From the NCBI GenBank assembly GCA_040954595.2, contig CM082595.2:7420217-7484216 (forward strand): a stretch of 64,000 nucleotides of DNA. Reading direction: 5' to 3'. The notes under the pieces are model-generated. The model did no database searches. It was not told the origin of the DNA and saw nothing but the letters and a program-made list of their open reading frames with translations. Both the position numbers and the translations under genes were made by a program. This DNA comes from Balanoglossus misakiensis (lineage: Eukaryota > Animalia > Hemichordata). Below are positions 38,272 to 50,525 of this stretch, piece after piece (the stretch's first letter is position 1; each line of letters starts with the position of its first letter).

Positions 38272-41200
38272 AAAAGTTACCATGGACGATTACACTGATA
38301 CCCAAAAAACTAAGCACGTGCCTAACTCGCCTTTGACAAATACAAACAAGTCATCCGCGAACGAGACTGGAAGGCGTGGCTTTCTGGTATGCAAATGCAG
38401 ATACAAATGGCTCCTCTTGAACGAAGACACGTCGAAAGACTTCTCCGACGTAGTCTGTTTTTATGTTTACTGTAAATGAGTTTTGGTGTGATAGTCGTTA
38501 CAGACACTATTATTAGCGCTGTGTCTTAATTCGCCTCACCGATGGTCGCAACACGACTTTCCGCTCGCACGTGTTCGCTCGACCACACTCCTATTTTCCG
38601 GAGAGCAATGGCGGGCGAAGCGCGAAGATGTAGCAACACTTGGCATTTCTCTACTAGTACACGTGTACTCTGGGCGCCGTACTCCTCACGGGATCTGATT
38701 CACTCAGATCAGTACACGTCCTCTAGTGTTTAATGCGACGTCATTTTTTGAGTGCATAGCTGGGATGAAATGACAGTTTATTATCAGTCGGTACACATGA
38801 CATTTTCGGCCTATTTGGAGTGTGCACAAGTTTTATAAGCTTTATAGGACCATCTAAGCTCTAAGTCACAATACAGAACTAGGTTTCGGCATGGCATACG
38901 ATCAACTTAAGAGCTAGGGGTGGCCAGATAATGTGTTTTATTGACCCCTACAGTACGGAACTAGGGGAGGGCATGGCATTTTATTTTGAGTTGTAGAACT
39001 AGGCAAGACATTGGCAGACATTTTACTAAACCAAGTACACGAGCATTACAGTTGATTAGCCTAAACGTTTCAGTTCATAACTAGGAACATGGGCATGATA
39101 TTTTTATTATTGGTAACTTATAGTACAAAGTGAGTGTTGGACATGATATTTGACTAACATTTATGGTACAGAACTAGGGGAAGGCGTGGCATTTTACTAA
39201 AAAGCAAGGGATGTGCATGATATTGTACTTAGGCTGCATTCACAAAGGGGAGAATTCAATTTTTTTACCGCTAATTTTCACATGCCTCCCGTACACAACC
39301 CAAAATATTTTCAAACCCCCCCTTCCGAACTGCCAAAATTTTGAAATCCCCCCCCCCCATTTTCTTTCACAGAGCAAAACACATCACCTATCTATCTTGT
39401 AAAAAAGAAAAACAGCGCTCCCATGAAAAGAATTTGAAACTGATGTTTCCCCTCATCAGTGGGTATTAAAACTGAACATTGTTTTTATTATTTAAGTATT
39501 TGTATTCTGTGTTGGGAGACACTGTAAACCGAAAATTGAAGGGGGTGGGTTTGGGAGGGGGTGTCCCCCTCCCACGTAAGAAAATTTTCTAAAATACAGA
39601 GCTCAAAGCTGCATTTTAATGAACCCGGCAATAGCAAATTAACTCAACTACCGGTATGTTGGGGAGGACAAATTTAACCGTCGCCGCTCAAAGTTATCAT
39701 GCGGTGGGGGCAAGTACCCTGACCTGGGACACTAGATAAACCAGTCAATGATTGAAAGGTGTTGATGAATGAAGGGGGTGGGTGTGGGAGGGGGTGTCCT
39801 CCTCCCACATTAGAAAATTTTGTAAAATAAAGGGCGCAAAACTGCATTTTTGTGGACTCAAAATAAATATTTAGTCGTCAAAGTTTTCAAGTCCCCCCCT
39901 TTCAGTCCCTAAATTATTTCAACCCCCCCTTACATACCCTCAATTTTTTCAACCCCCCCCCTCAATTCTCCCGCCCCCCTCCAGAGGTGTTTGTGAATGC
40001 AGCCTTACAGTTAAGTATTACATGTAGTACTATGAGGGATTGTCATAACATCTTATTAACAGCAACAGTACAGAACAAGGGGAGGGTATGACACTTTATT
40101 ATCAATTAACACAGCAAGGGGATGGGCATGGCATTGGACTACCAGTTATAATACCAGTACTATGCTTGGGATAAGTGTAACATTTTACTTATAGCTTAGT
40201 ACCAGTACAAAGATAGGGATGGGAATATTATTTCATTAACAGCTGAAATACACAAGGGGAGAGTATGATATTTTATTATTAGTATTAATGTCACTAATTT
40301 TAGTATGACACATTTTGCAGACTTAGGAGCAGACATTATACTTTATTAACAGTACAGAGAATATTTTCATGCAATTGCAGATTGCAAGGAACATTCAAAA
40401 CTTTATTTTGTTATGTTTATGTTAATGCCATATCAGATACCTCATGGGCAGCTATCACTGTTTCAACTTTCGTATACAAGTATTTTTCAGCAACAGTAGG
40501 GAAGGGGTCGTCGCGCCGCGAGGGTGTCCCCCTTGATGAGAATATGCCCTCCCATACCAGTGCAAACCCCACAATGGCGACCTTGGCGGGCGAAGCGCGA
40601 AGATGTAGCAACACTTGGCATTTCTTTACTAGTACACGTGTACTCTGGGCACCGTACTCCTCACGGGATCTGATTCACTCAGATCAGAACACGTCCTCTA
40701 GTGTTTAATGCCACATCATTTTTGAGTGCATATGTCTCGAATATTGTACCAAATAAGTTAACATGGACGATTATATTGACACCCAACAAACTAAGCACAT
40801 GACTAACTCGCCTTTGACAATTACAAACAAGTCACCCGCGAACGAGGCTGGAAGGCGTGGCTTCCTGGTATGCAAATGCAGATACAAATGGCTCCTCGAG
40901 AACGAAGACACGTCGAAAGACTTCTCCGACGTAGTCTGTTTTTATATTGACTGTAAATGAGTTTTGGTGTGATAGTCGTTGCAGACACTGTTATTAGCGC
41001 TGTGTCTTAATTCGCCTCACCGACGGTCGCAACACGACTTTCCGCTCGCACGTGTTCGCTCGACCACACTCCTATTTTCCGGAGAGCAATGGCGTGCGAA
41101 GCGCGAAGATGTAGCAACACTTGGCATTTCTCTACTAGTGCACGTGTACTCTGGGCACCGTACTCCTCACGGGATCTGATTCACTCAGATCAGTACACGT

Positions 41201-44200
41201 CCTCTAGTGTTTAATGCCACGTCATTTTTTGAGTGCATAGCTGGGATGAAATGACAGTTTATTATCAGTCGGTACACATGACATTTTCGGCCTATTTATA
41301 AGCTTTTTATAGGACCATCTAAGCTGTAGGTCACAATACAGAACTAGGTTTCGGCATGGCATACGATCAACGTAAGAGCTAGGGGTGGCCAGATAATGCG
41401 TTTTATTGACCCCTACAGTACGGAACTAGGGGAGGGCATGGCATTTTATTATGAGTTGTAGAACTAGGCAAGACATTGGCAGACATTTTACTAAACCAAG
41501 TACATGAGCATTACAGTTGATTAGCCTAAACGTTTCAGTTCATAACTAGGAACATGCATGGGCATGATATTTTACTAACAGTTCAAGTACCAGTACAACC
41601 CTTGGGGTGGGAGTAACATTTTATTAACAACTATAGAGAAGCAGGGAGGGCATGACATTTTTATTATTGGTAACTTTAATAGTACAAAGTGAGTGTTGGA
41701 CATGATATTTGACTAACAGTTATAGTACAGAACTAGGGGAAGGCATGGCATTTTACTAAAAAGCAAGGGGTGTTCATGATATTGTACTTACAGTTAAGTA
41801 TTACATGTAGTACAATGAGGGATTGTCATAACATTTTATTAACAGCAACAGTACAGAACAAGGGGAGGGAATGACACTTTATTATCAATTAACACAGCAA
41901 GGGGATGGGCATGGCATTAGACTACCAGTTATAATACCAGTACTATGCTTGGGATAAGTGTAACATATTACTTATAGCTTAGTACCAGTACAAATATAGG
42001 GATGGGAATATCATTTCATTAACAGCTGAAATACATAAGGGGAGAGTATGATATTTTATTATTATAGTCATAGTGTCACTAATGGTATAACATTTTAGTA
42101 TGACACATTTTGCAGACTTAGGAGCAGACATTATTCTTTATTGACAGTACAGAGAATATTTTCATGCAATTGCAGATTGCAAGCAACATTCAAAACTTTA
42201 TTTTGTTATGTTTATGTTAATGCCATATCAGATACCTCATGGGCAGCTATCACTGTTTCAACTTTCGTATACAAGTATTTTTCAGCAACAGTAGGGAAGG
42301 GGTCGTCGCGCCGCGAGGGTGTCCCCCTTGATGAGAATATGCCCTCCCATACCAGTGCAAACCCCACAATGGCGACCTTGGCGGGCGAAGCGCGAAGATG
42401 TAGCAACACTTGGCATTTCTTTACTAGTACACGTGTACTCTGGGCACCGTACTCCTCACGGGATCTGATTCACTCAGATCAGAACACGTCCTCTAGTGTT
42501 TAATGCCACATCATTTTTGAGTGCATATGTCTCGAATATTGTACCAAATAAGTTAACATGGACGATTATATTGACACCCAACAAACTAAGCACATGACTA
42601 ACTCGCCTTTGACAATTACAAACAAGTCACCCGCGAACGAGGCTGGAAGGCGTGGCTTTCTGGTATGCAAATGCAGATACAAATGGCTCCTCGAGAACGA
42701 AGACACGTTGAAAGACTTCTCCGACGTAGTCTGTTTTTATATTTACTGTAAATGAGTTTTGGTGTGATAGTCGTTACAGACACTATTATTAGCGCTGTGT
42801 CTTAATTCGCCTCACCGACGGTCGCAACACGACTTTCCGCTCACACGTGTTCGCTCGACCACACTCCTATTTTCCGGAGAGCAATGGCGTGCGAAGCGCG
42901 AAGATGTAGCAACACTTGGCATTTCTCTACTAGTGCACGTGTACTCTGGGCACCGTACTCCTCACGGGATCTGATTCACTCAGATCAGTACACGTCCTCT
43001 AGTGTTTAATGCCACGTCATTTTTTGAGTGCATAGCTGGGATGAAATGACAGTTTATTATCAGTCGGTACACATGACATTTTCGGCCTACCGGTATTTGG
43101 AGTGTGCACACGTTTTATAACTTTATAGGACCATCTAAGCTCTAAGTCACAATACAGAACTAGGTTTCGTCATGGCATACGATCAACTTAAGAGCTAGGG
43201 GTGGCCAGATAATGCGTTTTATTGACCCCTACAGTACGGAACTGGGGGAGGGCATGGGATTTTATTATGAGTTGTAGAACTAGGCAAGACATTGGCAGAC
43301 ATTTTACTAAACCAAGTACATGAGCATTACAGTTGATTAGCCTAAACGTTTCAGTTCATAACTAGGAACATGGGCATGATATTTTACTAACAGTTCAAGT
43401 ACCAGTACAACCCTTGGGGTGGGAGTAACATTTTATTAACAACTATAGAGAAGCAGGGAGGGCATGACATTTTTATTATTGGTAACTTATAGTACAACAT
43501 GAGTGTTGGACATGACATTTGACTAACAGTTATAGTACAGAACTAGGGGAAGGCATGGCATTTTACTAAAAAGCAAGGGGTGTTCATGATATTGTACTTA
43601 CAGTTAAGTATTACATGTAGTACAATGAGGGATTGTCATAACATTTTATTAACAGCAACAGTACAGAACAAGGGGAGGGAATGACACTTTATTATCAATT
43701 AACACAGCAAGGGGATGGGCATGGCATTGGACTACCAGTTATAATACCAGTACTATGCTTGGGATAAGTGTTACATTTTACTTATAGCTTAGTACCAGTA
43801 CAAAGATATGGATGGGAATATCATTTCATTAACAGCTGAAATACATAAGGGGAGAGTATGATATTTTATTATTAGTCATAGTGTCACTAATGGTATAACA
43901 TTTTAGTATGACACATTTTGCAGAATTAGGAGCAGACATTATACTTTATTAACAGTACAGAGAATATTTTCATGCAATTGCAGATTGCAAGGAACATTCA
44001 AAACTTTATTTTGTTATGTTTATGTTGATGCCATATCAGATACCTCATGTGCAACTATCACTGTTTCAACTTTCATATACAAGTATTTTTCAGCAACAGT
44101 AGGGAAGGGGTCGTAGCGCCGCGAGGGTGTCCCCCCTTGATGAGAATATGCCCTCCCATACCAGTGCAAACCCCACAATGGCGACCTTGGCGGGCGAAGC

Positions 44201-45980
44201 GCGAAGATGTAGCAACATTTGGCATTTCTTTACTAGTACACGTGTACTCTGGGCACCGTACTCCTCACGGGATCTGATTCACTCAGATCAGTACACGTCC
44301 TCTAGTGTTTAATGCCACGTCATTTTTTGAGTGCATATGTCTCGAATTGTACCTGATAAGTTAACATGGACGATTACATTGACACCCAACAAACTAAGCA
44401 CATGACTAACTCGCCTTTGGCAATTACAAACAAGTCACCCGCGAACGAGGCTGGGAGGCGTGGCTTTCTGGTATGCAAATGCAGATACAAATGGCTCCTC
44501 GAGAACGAAGACACGTCGAAAGACTTCTCCGACGTAGTCTGTTTTTATATTTACTGTAGCCTAAATGAGTTTTGGTGTGATAGTCATTACAGACACTATT
44601 ATTAGCGCTGTGTCTTAATTCGCCTCACCGACGGTCGCAACACGACTTTCCGCTCGCACGTGTTCGCTCGACCACACTCCTATTTTCCGGAGAGCAATGG
44701 CGGGTGGAACGCGAAGATGTAGCAACACTTGGCATTTCTCTACTAGTACACGTGTACTCTGGGCACCGTACTCCTCACGGGATCTGATTCACTCAGATCA
44801 GTACACGTCCTCTAGTGTTAATGTCACGTCATTTTTTGAGTGCATAGCTGGGATGAAATGACAGTTTATTATCAGTCGGTACACATGACATTTCCGGCCT
44901 ATTTGGAGTGTGCACAAGTTTTATAAGCTTTATAGGACCATCTAAGCTCTAAGTCACAATACAGAACTAGGTTTCGGCATGGCATACGATCAACTTAAGA
45001 GCTAGGGGTGGCCAGATAATGCGTTTTATTGACCCCTACAGTACGGAACTAGGGGAGGGCATGGCATTTTATTATGAGTTGTAGAACTAGGCAAGACATT
45101 GGCAGACATTTTACTAAACCAAGTACATGAGCATTACAGTTGATTAGCCTAAACGTTTCAGTTCATAAATAGGAACATGGGCATGATATTTTACTAACAG
45201 TTCAAGTACCAGTACAACCCTTGGGGTGGGAGTAACATTTTATTAACAACTATAGAGAAGCAGGGAGGGCATGACATTTTTATTATTGGTAACTTATAGT
45301 ACAAAGTGAGTGTTGGACATGACATTTGACTAACAGTTATAGTACAGAACTAGGGGAAGGCATGGCATTTTACTAAAAAGCAAGGGGTGTTCATGATATT
45401 GTACTTACAGTTAAGTATTACATGTAGTACAATGAGGGATTGTCATAACATTTTATTAACAGCAACAGTACAGAACAAGGGGAGGGAATGACACTTTATT
45501 ATCAATTAACACAGCAAGGGGATGGGCATGGCATTGGACTACCAGTTATAATACCAGTACTATGCTTGGGATAAGTGTAACATTTTACTTATAGCTTAGT
45601 ACCAGTACAAAGATAGGGATGGGAATATCATTTTATTAACAGCTGAAATACATAAGGGGAGAGTATGATATTTTAGTATTAGTCATAATGTCACTAATGG
45701 TATAACATTTTAGTATGACACATTTTGCAGAATTAGGAGCAGACATTATACTTTATTAACAGTACAGAGAATATTTTCATGCAATTGCAGATTGCAAGGA
45801 ACATTCAAAACTTTATTTTGTTGTGTTTATGTTAATGCCATATCAGATACCTCATGTGCAACTATCACTGTTTCAATGTTCATATACAAGTATTTTTCAG
45901 CAACAGTAGGGAAGGGGTCGTCGCGCCGCGAGGGTGTCCCCCTTGATGAGAATATGCCCTCCCATACCAGTGCAAACCCC
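38272..45980. repeat. Tandem macro-repeat, ~1.8 kb unit, about 4 units
   Basis: Unit starts (CATGGACGATTA) near 38280, 40761, 42556 and 44364. Spacings are 2481 (includes the MITE), 1795 and 1808. Each unit has two structured modules and a degenerate ~40-bp subrepeat region (AGTACAGAACTAGGGG...GGCATG...ATTTT). Confidence 0.95.
39232..40004. mobile_element. PIF/Harbinger (Tourist-like) MITE inserted in macro-repeat unit 1
   Basis: Perfect TIR GGCTGCATTCACAAA. TTA TSD (39229-39231, 40005-40007). The empty site TTGTACTTACAG is seen in the three other units. Confidence 0.9.
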
Positions 45981-46100
45981 AGTGCAGTCGCCACGACCTA
46001 CTAGGATCTTCAGTTGCTGCCATGCCTAGTCTACACTACAGTTGGCTGCTTCGTTCATTCTAAGAATGATCTAATTTGTTGTGGATGAATTGTAATGTTT

Positions 46101-46425
46101 ATCAATCAATCAATAAATCAATCAGAGAAATTTGTATAGCGCCAGTATCTATAACAAGTGTCATACTCAAAGGCGCTTGTGCTCATTGGCCCACTCCATA
46201 TGCTCTTGCGAAATAATGCGTCTTCAGTCTTTTCTTAAAGATACTCAAACTTGGAGCTTGACGAATGTCTTGTGGCAGAGAGTTCCACAGTTTCGGTGCA
46301 GCATGTGAGAATGCTCGGCCACCGTATGAAGAACGTTTGTACATTGTAGTGCATAAAAGGCTCTTACTTGCTGAACGAAGCCTGCGACCAGGAGAATATG
46401 TCCAAATGAGATCGCGGATATATAT
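46101..46425 (-). mobile_element. 3' fragment of an L2-group LINE
   Basis: Encodes YSPGRRLRS...GGRAFSHAAPKLWNSLP...FKKRLKTHYF, a typical L2/CR1-group ORF2 C-terminus. Short 3' UTR and (TGAT)n tail at 46101-46123. Confidence 0.85.
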
Positions 46426-46429
46426 GATC

Positions 46430-49085
46430 ATTTTTAGCATGAAGTTTCACCATCATCAGGTTACTCAGGGTTTTTGTGTGGAGCCTATTCCTATATTCTG
46501 TTTTGGTCTGCTTCATCAAGCTGAACCCACGCTCACATACAGCTGAACTAGCTGGCAATGACAACACCAAGTCTATCAGGGCCAAAATATTCTTGCAGTC
46601 TACACAAAGAATCTTATTTACAGCTGGCCAAGTGAGATCAGCTACAGTGTGACTGGAAATGAAAAAGAAGAATCAGCTGTCTTGAAAAATTCTATCAGTT
46701 CAGTACTGTAATCATTGCAACAGCAGCAGTTATGAGTATGCTTAAATATCATTCATTGAGTTGCCATGAAAAATATTTAACAATTCATTGACAATCAGAT
46801 TTAAAAAGGAAAGAACTCGCTTGTTATACAAGCTGCTTCTCAGTATATTCCACTCTAGTTCAACTACTGCTGGGTTAACACCTTGTTGTTGAAGGGTCTG
46901 GCTGAAGTGATCTGTAAGCATGGCAACATGTTCATCTCCAAAATCTGTAATAGACAGAACTCCAGTTAAATGTTGTAAATGATGTGACTTATTAAAAATT
47001 GATTGCATGCAGCTGATTTTATGCAGATGTCTAATTGAATATTTTGCTAAGCTTTAGCCTACCCGTATTGCTTTCATTGAATACTGTTGGCCATGTTGAG
47101 AAGTTTGCAAGTTTTGTAGCTGCTAGCAGACCAGTATCAATATCACTAAATCTCTTCTCTAGGCACCCTATCAAAGCATCCACTACTCTAATTCTGACAC
47201 TTTCAAAGTTGACTGTTCCTTTTAGGGCATGCCCTTTATACTCATCCATCTCAAAAACACTACGAAGATATGGTCCTTCCCTGCAAAGAGAAACACCATC
47301 ACCATTATCACACCACATGCCTACAACTACATAGCAACTTCATAGCATATTAGCACTTTTCATGCAGCATGCTGTTAACAATGCTATTAAAAATTTCAAA
47401 AAACACACTGACCTTTCCTTGTATTTCTTGACTGCCATGATTGTAGCCTGGATCTGCTCATGGGAATGGTATATCCCAGTATCATCCCTCTGGAGTTGTT
47501 GTGAAAGTGTGGATATAGCTGTTAACACATCTGTCAGAAAATTACCAAAAACCAGTAATTCCTTCGATGAGAGCAGCATTGAGAGATGCTTGGCCTTTGG
47601 CTGTTTCTTGTTTGAATGATCTAAAGCCACCTTCAAATAAAGACAAATACAAATATTTATTAGATTACTTCAAATCTGTGATAAAAATAAATAAGTCTTC
47701 CTTGTAATCTGTGTTCAACTATTCAGTTCTATGCTAAATTGCTATAAACACATTTAAATAAATTACTCATGATTAAACATGGTGTACATTGTTTTGATGA
47801 TTTTGTAGTATTTACCAATCCACATTTAGTTTTAGTTTGCTTTGATTTTAATGACATTTTAAATGTAACATTTACCTGGCCAAGATGTTGAACATATGCT
47901 GCATACCCTTTCCACACTTGGGTCAATGCGCCTAGGACATGTGATACCCAACGGGTTCCACCCACTCGATGTGGCAAAGCTGTCGGTAATCCTAAAGCCC
48001 GAAAAGTTTCTTTCAGGTTTTCCGTCTGCAGACTGCTTGTGTGATAGAACTTGAAAAGCTCAGTAAGAAGAGTGTTCAGTTTTGTGTACAGATGTATACC
48101 TTTGATGGCATCTTTAAATGCTAACTCCAATCTGTGAGCAAGGCATTTCACCAGTCCAATCTCTTTAGAAATGTTATTCTGTAAAAGAGTGATTACACCT
48201 GACACAGAGCCGGTATTAACACTGGCGCCATCACAACCATATCCGATGATTTTCTGCTGCATCTGCTCGAGTGATATGTTTTCAAACACAAGAGACTTCA
48301 TCAGTGCTTTGTAAATCCCTGGTGCATTTGCTCTTGCTACGGACTGCATGGCAAGGAACACAGTCTTTACTTCACCTTTGACAGCAAATCTGCCGTAGAC
48401 CACTTCATTTTCTATAGTAGCTACATCCACCGACCCATCTGACAGAAGACTTAGAAATTTTGCATCCATTATATCAGCTTCCTGGGCTCTCTTTTCAACT
48501 GCAGCTATTGCATCAATGAATTGTTTACACTGTTTATCGTTTCGATAAGTATTCCCAACATTAATGCCTTTCTTTTCGTCAAGGTTACACATCCAAACCA
48601 TGTCCTTGAACGGCCTCGAGTGATAGGCTATGGCATGAGCTGTGCGGAACAGGATTGAGAGGCGGTCAAATACTTGATGGTTCATTTGCTGAATGCATTT
48701 TTCTGCTTCGGTTTCTCCTGGCTTGAAAACTGTCCTTTTCATGTTGGTGCACCCAGTTACGAAAGGACCTGCTGCATATTTTGTATACTTATCGAGGATT
48801 CCAGGCTGTCGCTTGTTAACGGCCAGCAACACACTACGGCAAGACTGACAGAACATTTTGGAAATGCGTTCATCAGGCTTACCGGGATCGTGGATTAGCC
48901 ACGGTAAATCTTTTTTCCAGGCCTCTTGGAACTTCCTTTCCCGTTTCTGTGCATCGTAGATTTTGTTTGCAGCACAGCGATCTTCTGTTGATCGCTTCTT
49001 TTTCGCTGCTGGTGCCTCGATATTCAATTACCTGTACATCGTCGACCAGACTCGCACACGAAGCCAATCAAAGCAATGGCGCCAT
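46430..49085 (-). pseudogene. ZNF862-like hAT transposase, five exons, disabled
   Basis: Exons ~49027-47876, 47630-47413, 47280-47063, 46944-46821 and 46652-~46430. TTF-type zinc finger start (RKFQEAW..PWL..MFCQSC). Catalytic LSDGSVD, CDGASVN and SSAVCERGFS, plus CLAH and TRW. The ATG at 49085 hits an early stop and the C-terminus is replaced by LINE sequence. Confidence 0.88.
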
Positions 49086-49419
49086 TTTGAATAAACGAAA
49101 TCTCGAATCTACCACCAATGCATAACATATGGGGATGTAGACTAACGCCACCACTCTCGCAAGTCGCGAGAGATGCGTAGCTGTAAAGGCATTCGCCAAG
49201 TTTACCGATTGACCTTTTCAGTTTTTATCTGCAAATTTTATCTAAATTTTGGGCTTTGATTATTTGAGATTTCAGCAGAATAGAGTTAGAAACTTAAAAA
49301 TTGCCGACCCCCTCTCTGTTAACAGCAGGACATTCGGGTCTGCTTCTTTTTCAAATTACTGGTCCGGCATGAAAACAGCTGGTCTGGGGCCACTGGGTTA
49401 GCGTGAATTTCGCACGCTG
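46430..49419 (-). mobile_element. hAT superfamily DNA transposon, 3' end missing
   Basis: Terminus CAGCGTGCGAAATT on the minus strand at 49419, upstream of the transposase gene. No matching partner TIR found. Confidence 0.75.
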
Positions 49420-49559
49420 AACAAAGGAGTCTGTCAATTTGGGAATGAGCTACTACTTCCGTCCGTCAAGAATTCATACCATTTTCTAGTAGGGGTGTGT
49501 AGCTTTGTGGTGTTGAGGAAGAATTGGAACAGTGACAGATATCGGAACGGATTAGCCAG

Positions 49560-49700
49560 CAGTGTTTTCACTACCCGCTCGCCAAATCGCAAATGCGAGA
49601 AAAAGGTTGTGTTTGGCGAGACGATTTTCATACAAATTAGCCAAACTTGTGAAGCACTGCTATCTAACATAGTCGTTTGTTTTGCCATGATCAACTTGCC
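49560..49700 (+). mobile_element. Possible terminus of a second hAT-like element
   Basis: CAGTGTTTTCACTACCCGCTCGCCAAATCGC...TTTGGCGAG: a CAG start with subterminal CTCGCCAAA/TTTGGCGAG motifs. Partner end not in the window. Confidence 0.4.
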
Positions 49701-50343
49701 ACGATCAGTGCACTGCAACGCGTGAAAGTGGATCGCTGTTCTGTTCATTGATCATCACCCCCCTGTATCATGAACATCGCAAGGCAATGCATTGAATTCA
49801 GCTCTTCCAGGTAGTGGCCGCACTCGCTTGATTTCCTGTGTGTGTCTCTGGGGATGCAAAGAATGCATGTATGCGTCTTTTCCTAATTTGCATATTTTGA
49901 ATGGGTTAGGTCTGCCTTGACTTGAACGCGTCAAGTGTACAGGTTATTATGGAAGTTTCTTTTTAGAACCACGTGTTAGTCTGTCGGCCCAACCAGCAAA
50001 AAAAGGTTGTAGAAATGTCATTATGTTGTATAGGAGTTTTGTACTACATGAAATTAGCTGAAAATGACGGGTGGTAAACTATTGATGTGAAATCAGGTCA
50101 CTTCTACTGAAAATGATAGACCCAGAGAGCAATGACTATTTTAAATTATTTCATATACTATGTTCACAACTGCTATGTACAGCTCCTGTCAGTCAGGTCC
50201 CGCTGCTCCGCCCTCCAGGGTCCTGGTTTGCCGTCGCCCTGGGTAACGTCAGTCATCTGCAGTTCCACTACACTTCACAGTTGCCGTAATTGGAGCCGTA
50301 ACCATGTGGTCAGCCTCATTGTTTGGACCTTTATGTCCCAGTT

Positions 50344-50525
50344 TCACTGCAACGCCATAGGATGTCCGAACGATTTTCTTCTTTGTGTAAGGTTTTCCTT
50401 GATGTAAATCCTGCTATTATCATTGAATCCATAATTTCTGGCTATTGTGTTACGTTCATTTCTCTTCTTGCTGTACCTGTTGTTGAAAGGTATTATGATG
50501 GGTCGGTGTCGTTGGGTCCGGTTCA
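50344..50525 (-). pseudogene. Relic of a non-LTR retrotransposon ORF1 (L1TD1/Transposase_22-like RRM-CTD region)
   Basis: Open minus frame reads RHRPIIIPFNNRYSKKR...ARNYGFNDNSRIYIKENLTQRRK, resembling the RPIIVxF...IYIxExLT..R signature. Recognised by eye. Confidence 0.55.

Noticed and set aside
38641-38737. Canonical hammerhead ribozyme
   Set aside because: The CUGANGA and GAAA core is absent on both strands. Kept only as a hypothesis in findings.
38234-44605. Repeated small ORFs (MDDYIDTQ..., ...GEARRCSNTWHF...)
   Set aside because: They recur only because the units are near-identical. Starts, stops and frames vary between units and no domain was recognised.
45980-46000. CAGTGCAG as the left TIR of the hAT element
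   Set aside because: Does not match the CAGCGTGCGAAATT terminus at 49419, and there is no shared 8-bp TSD.
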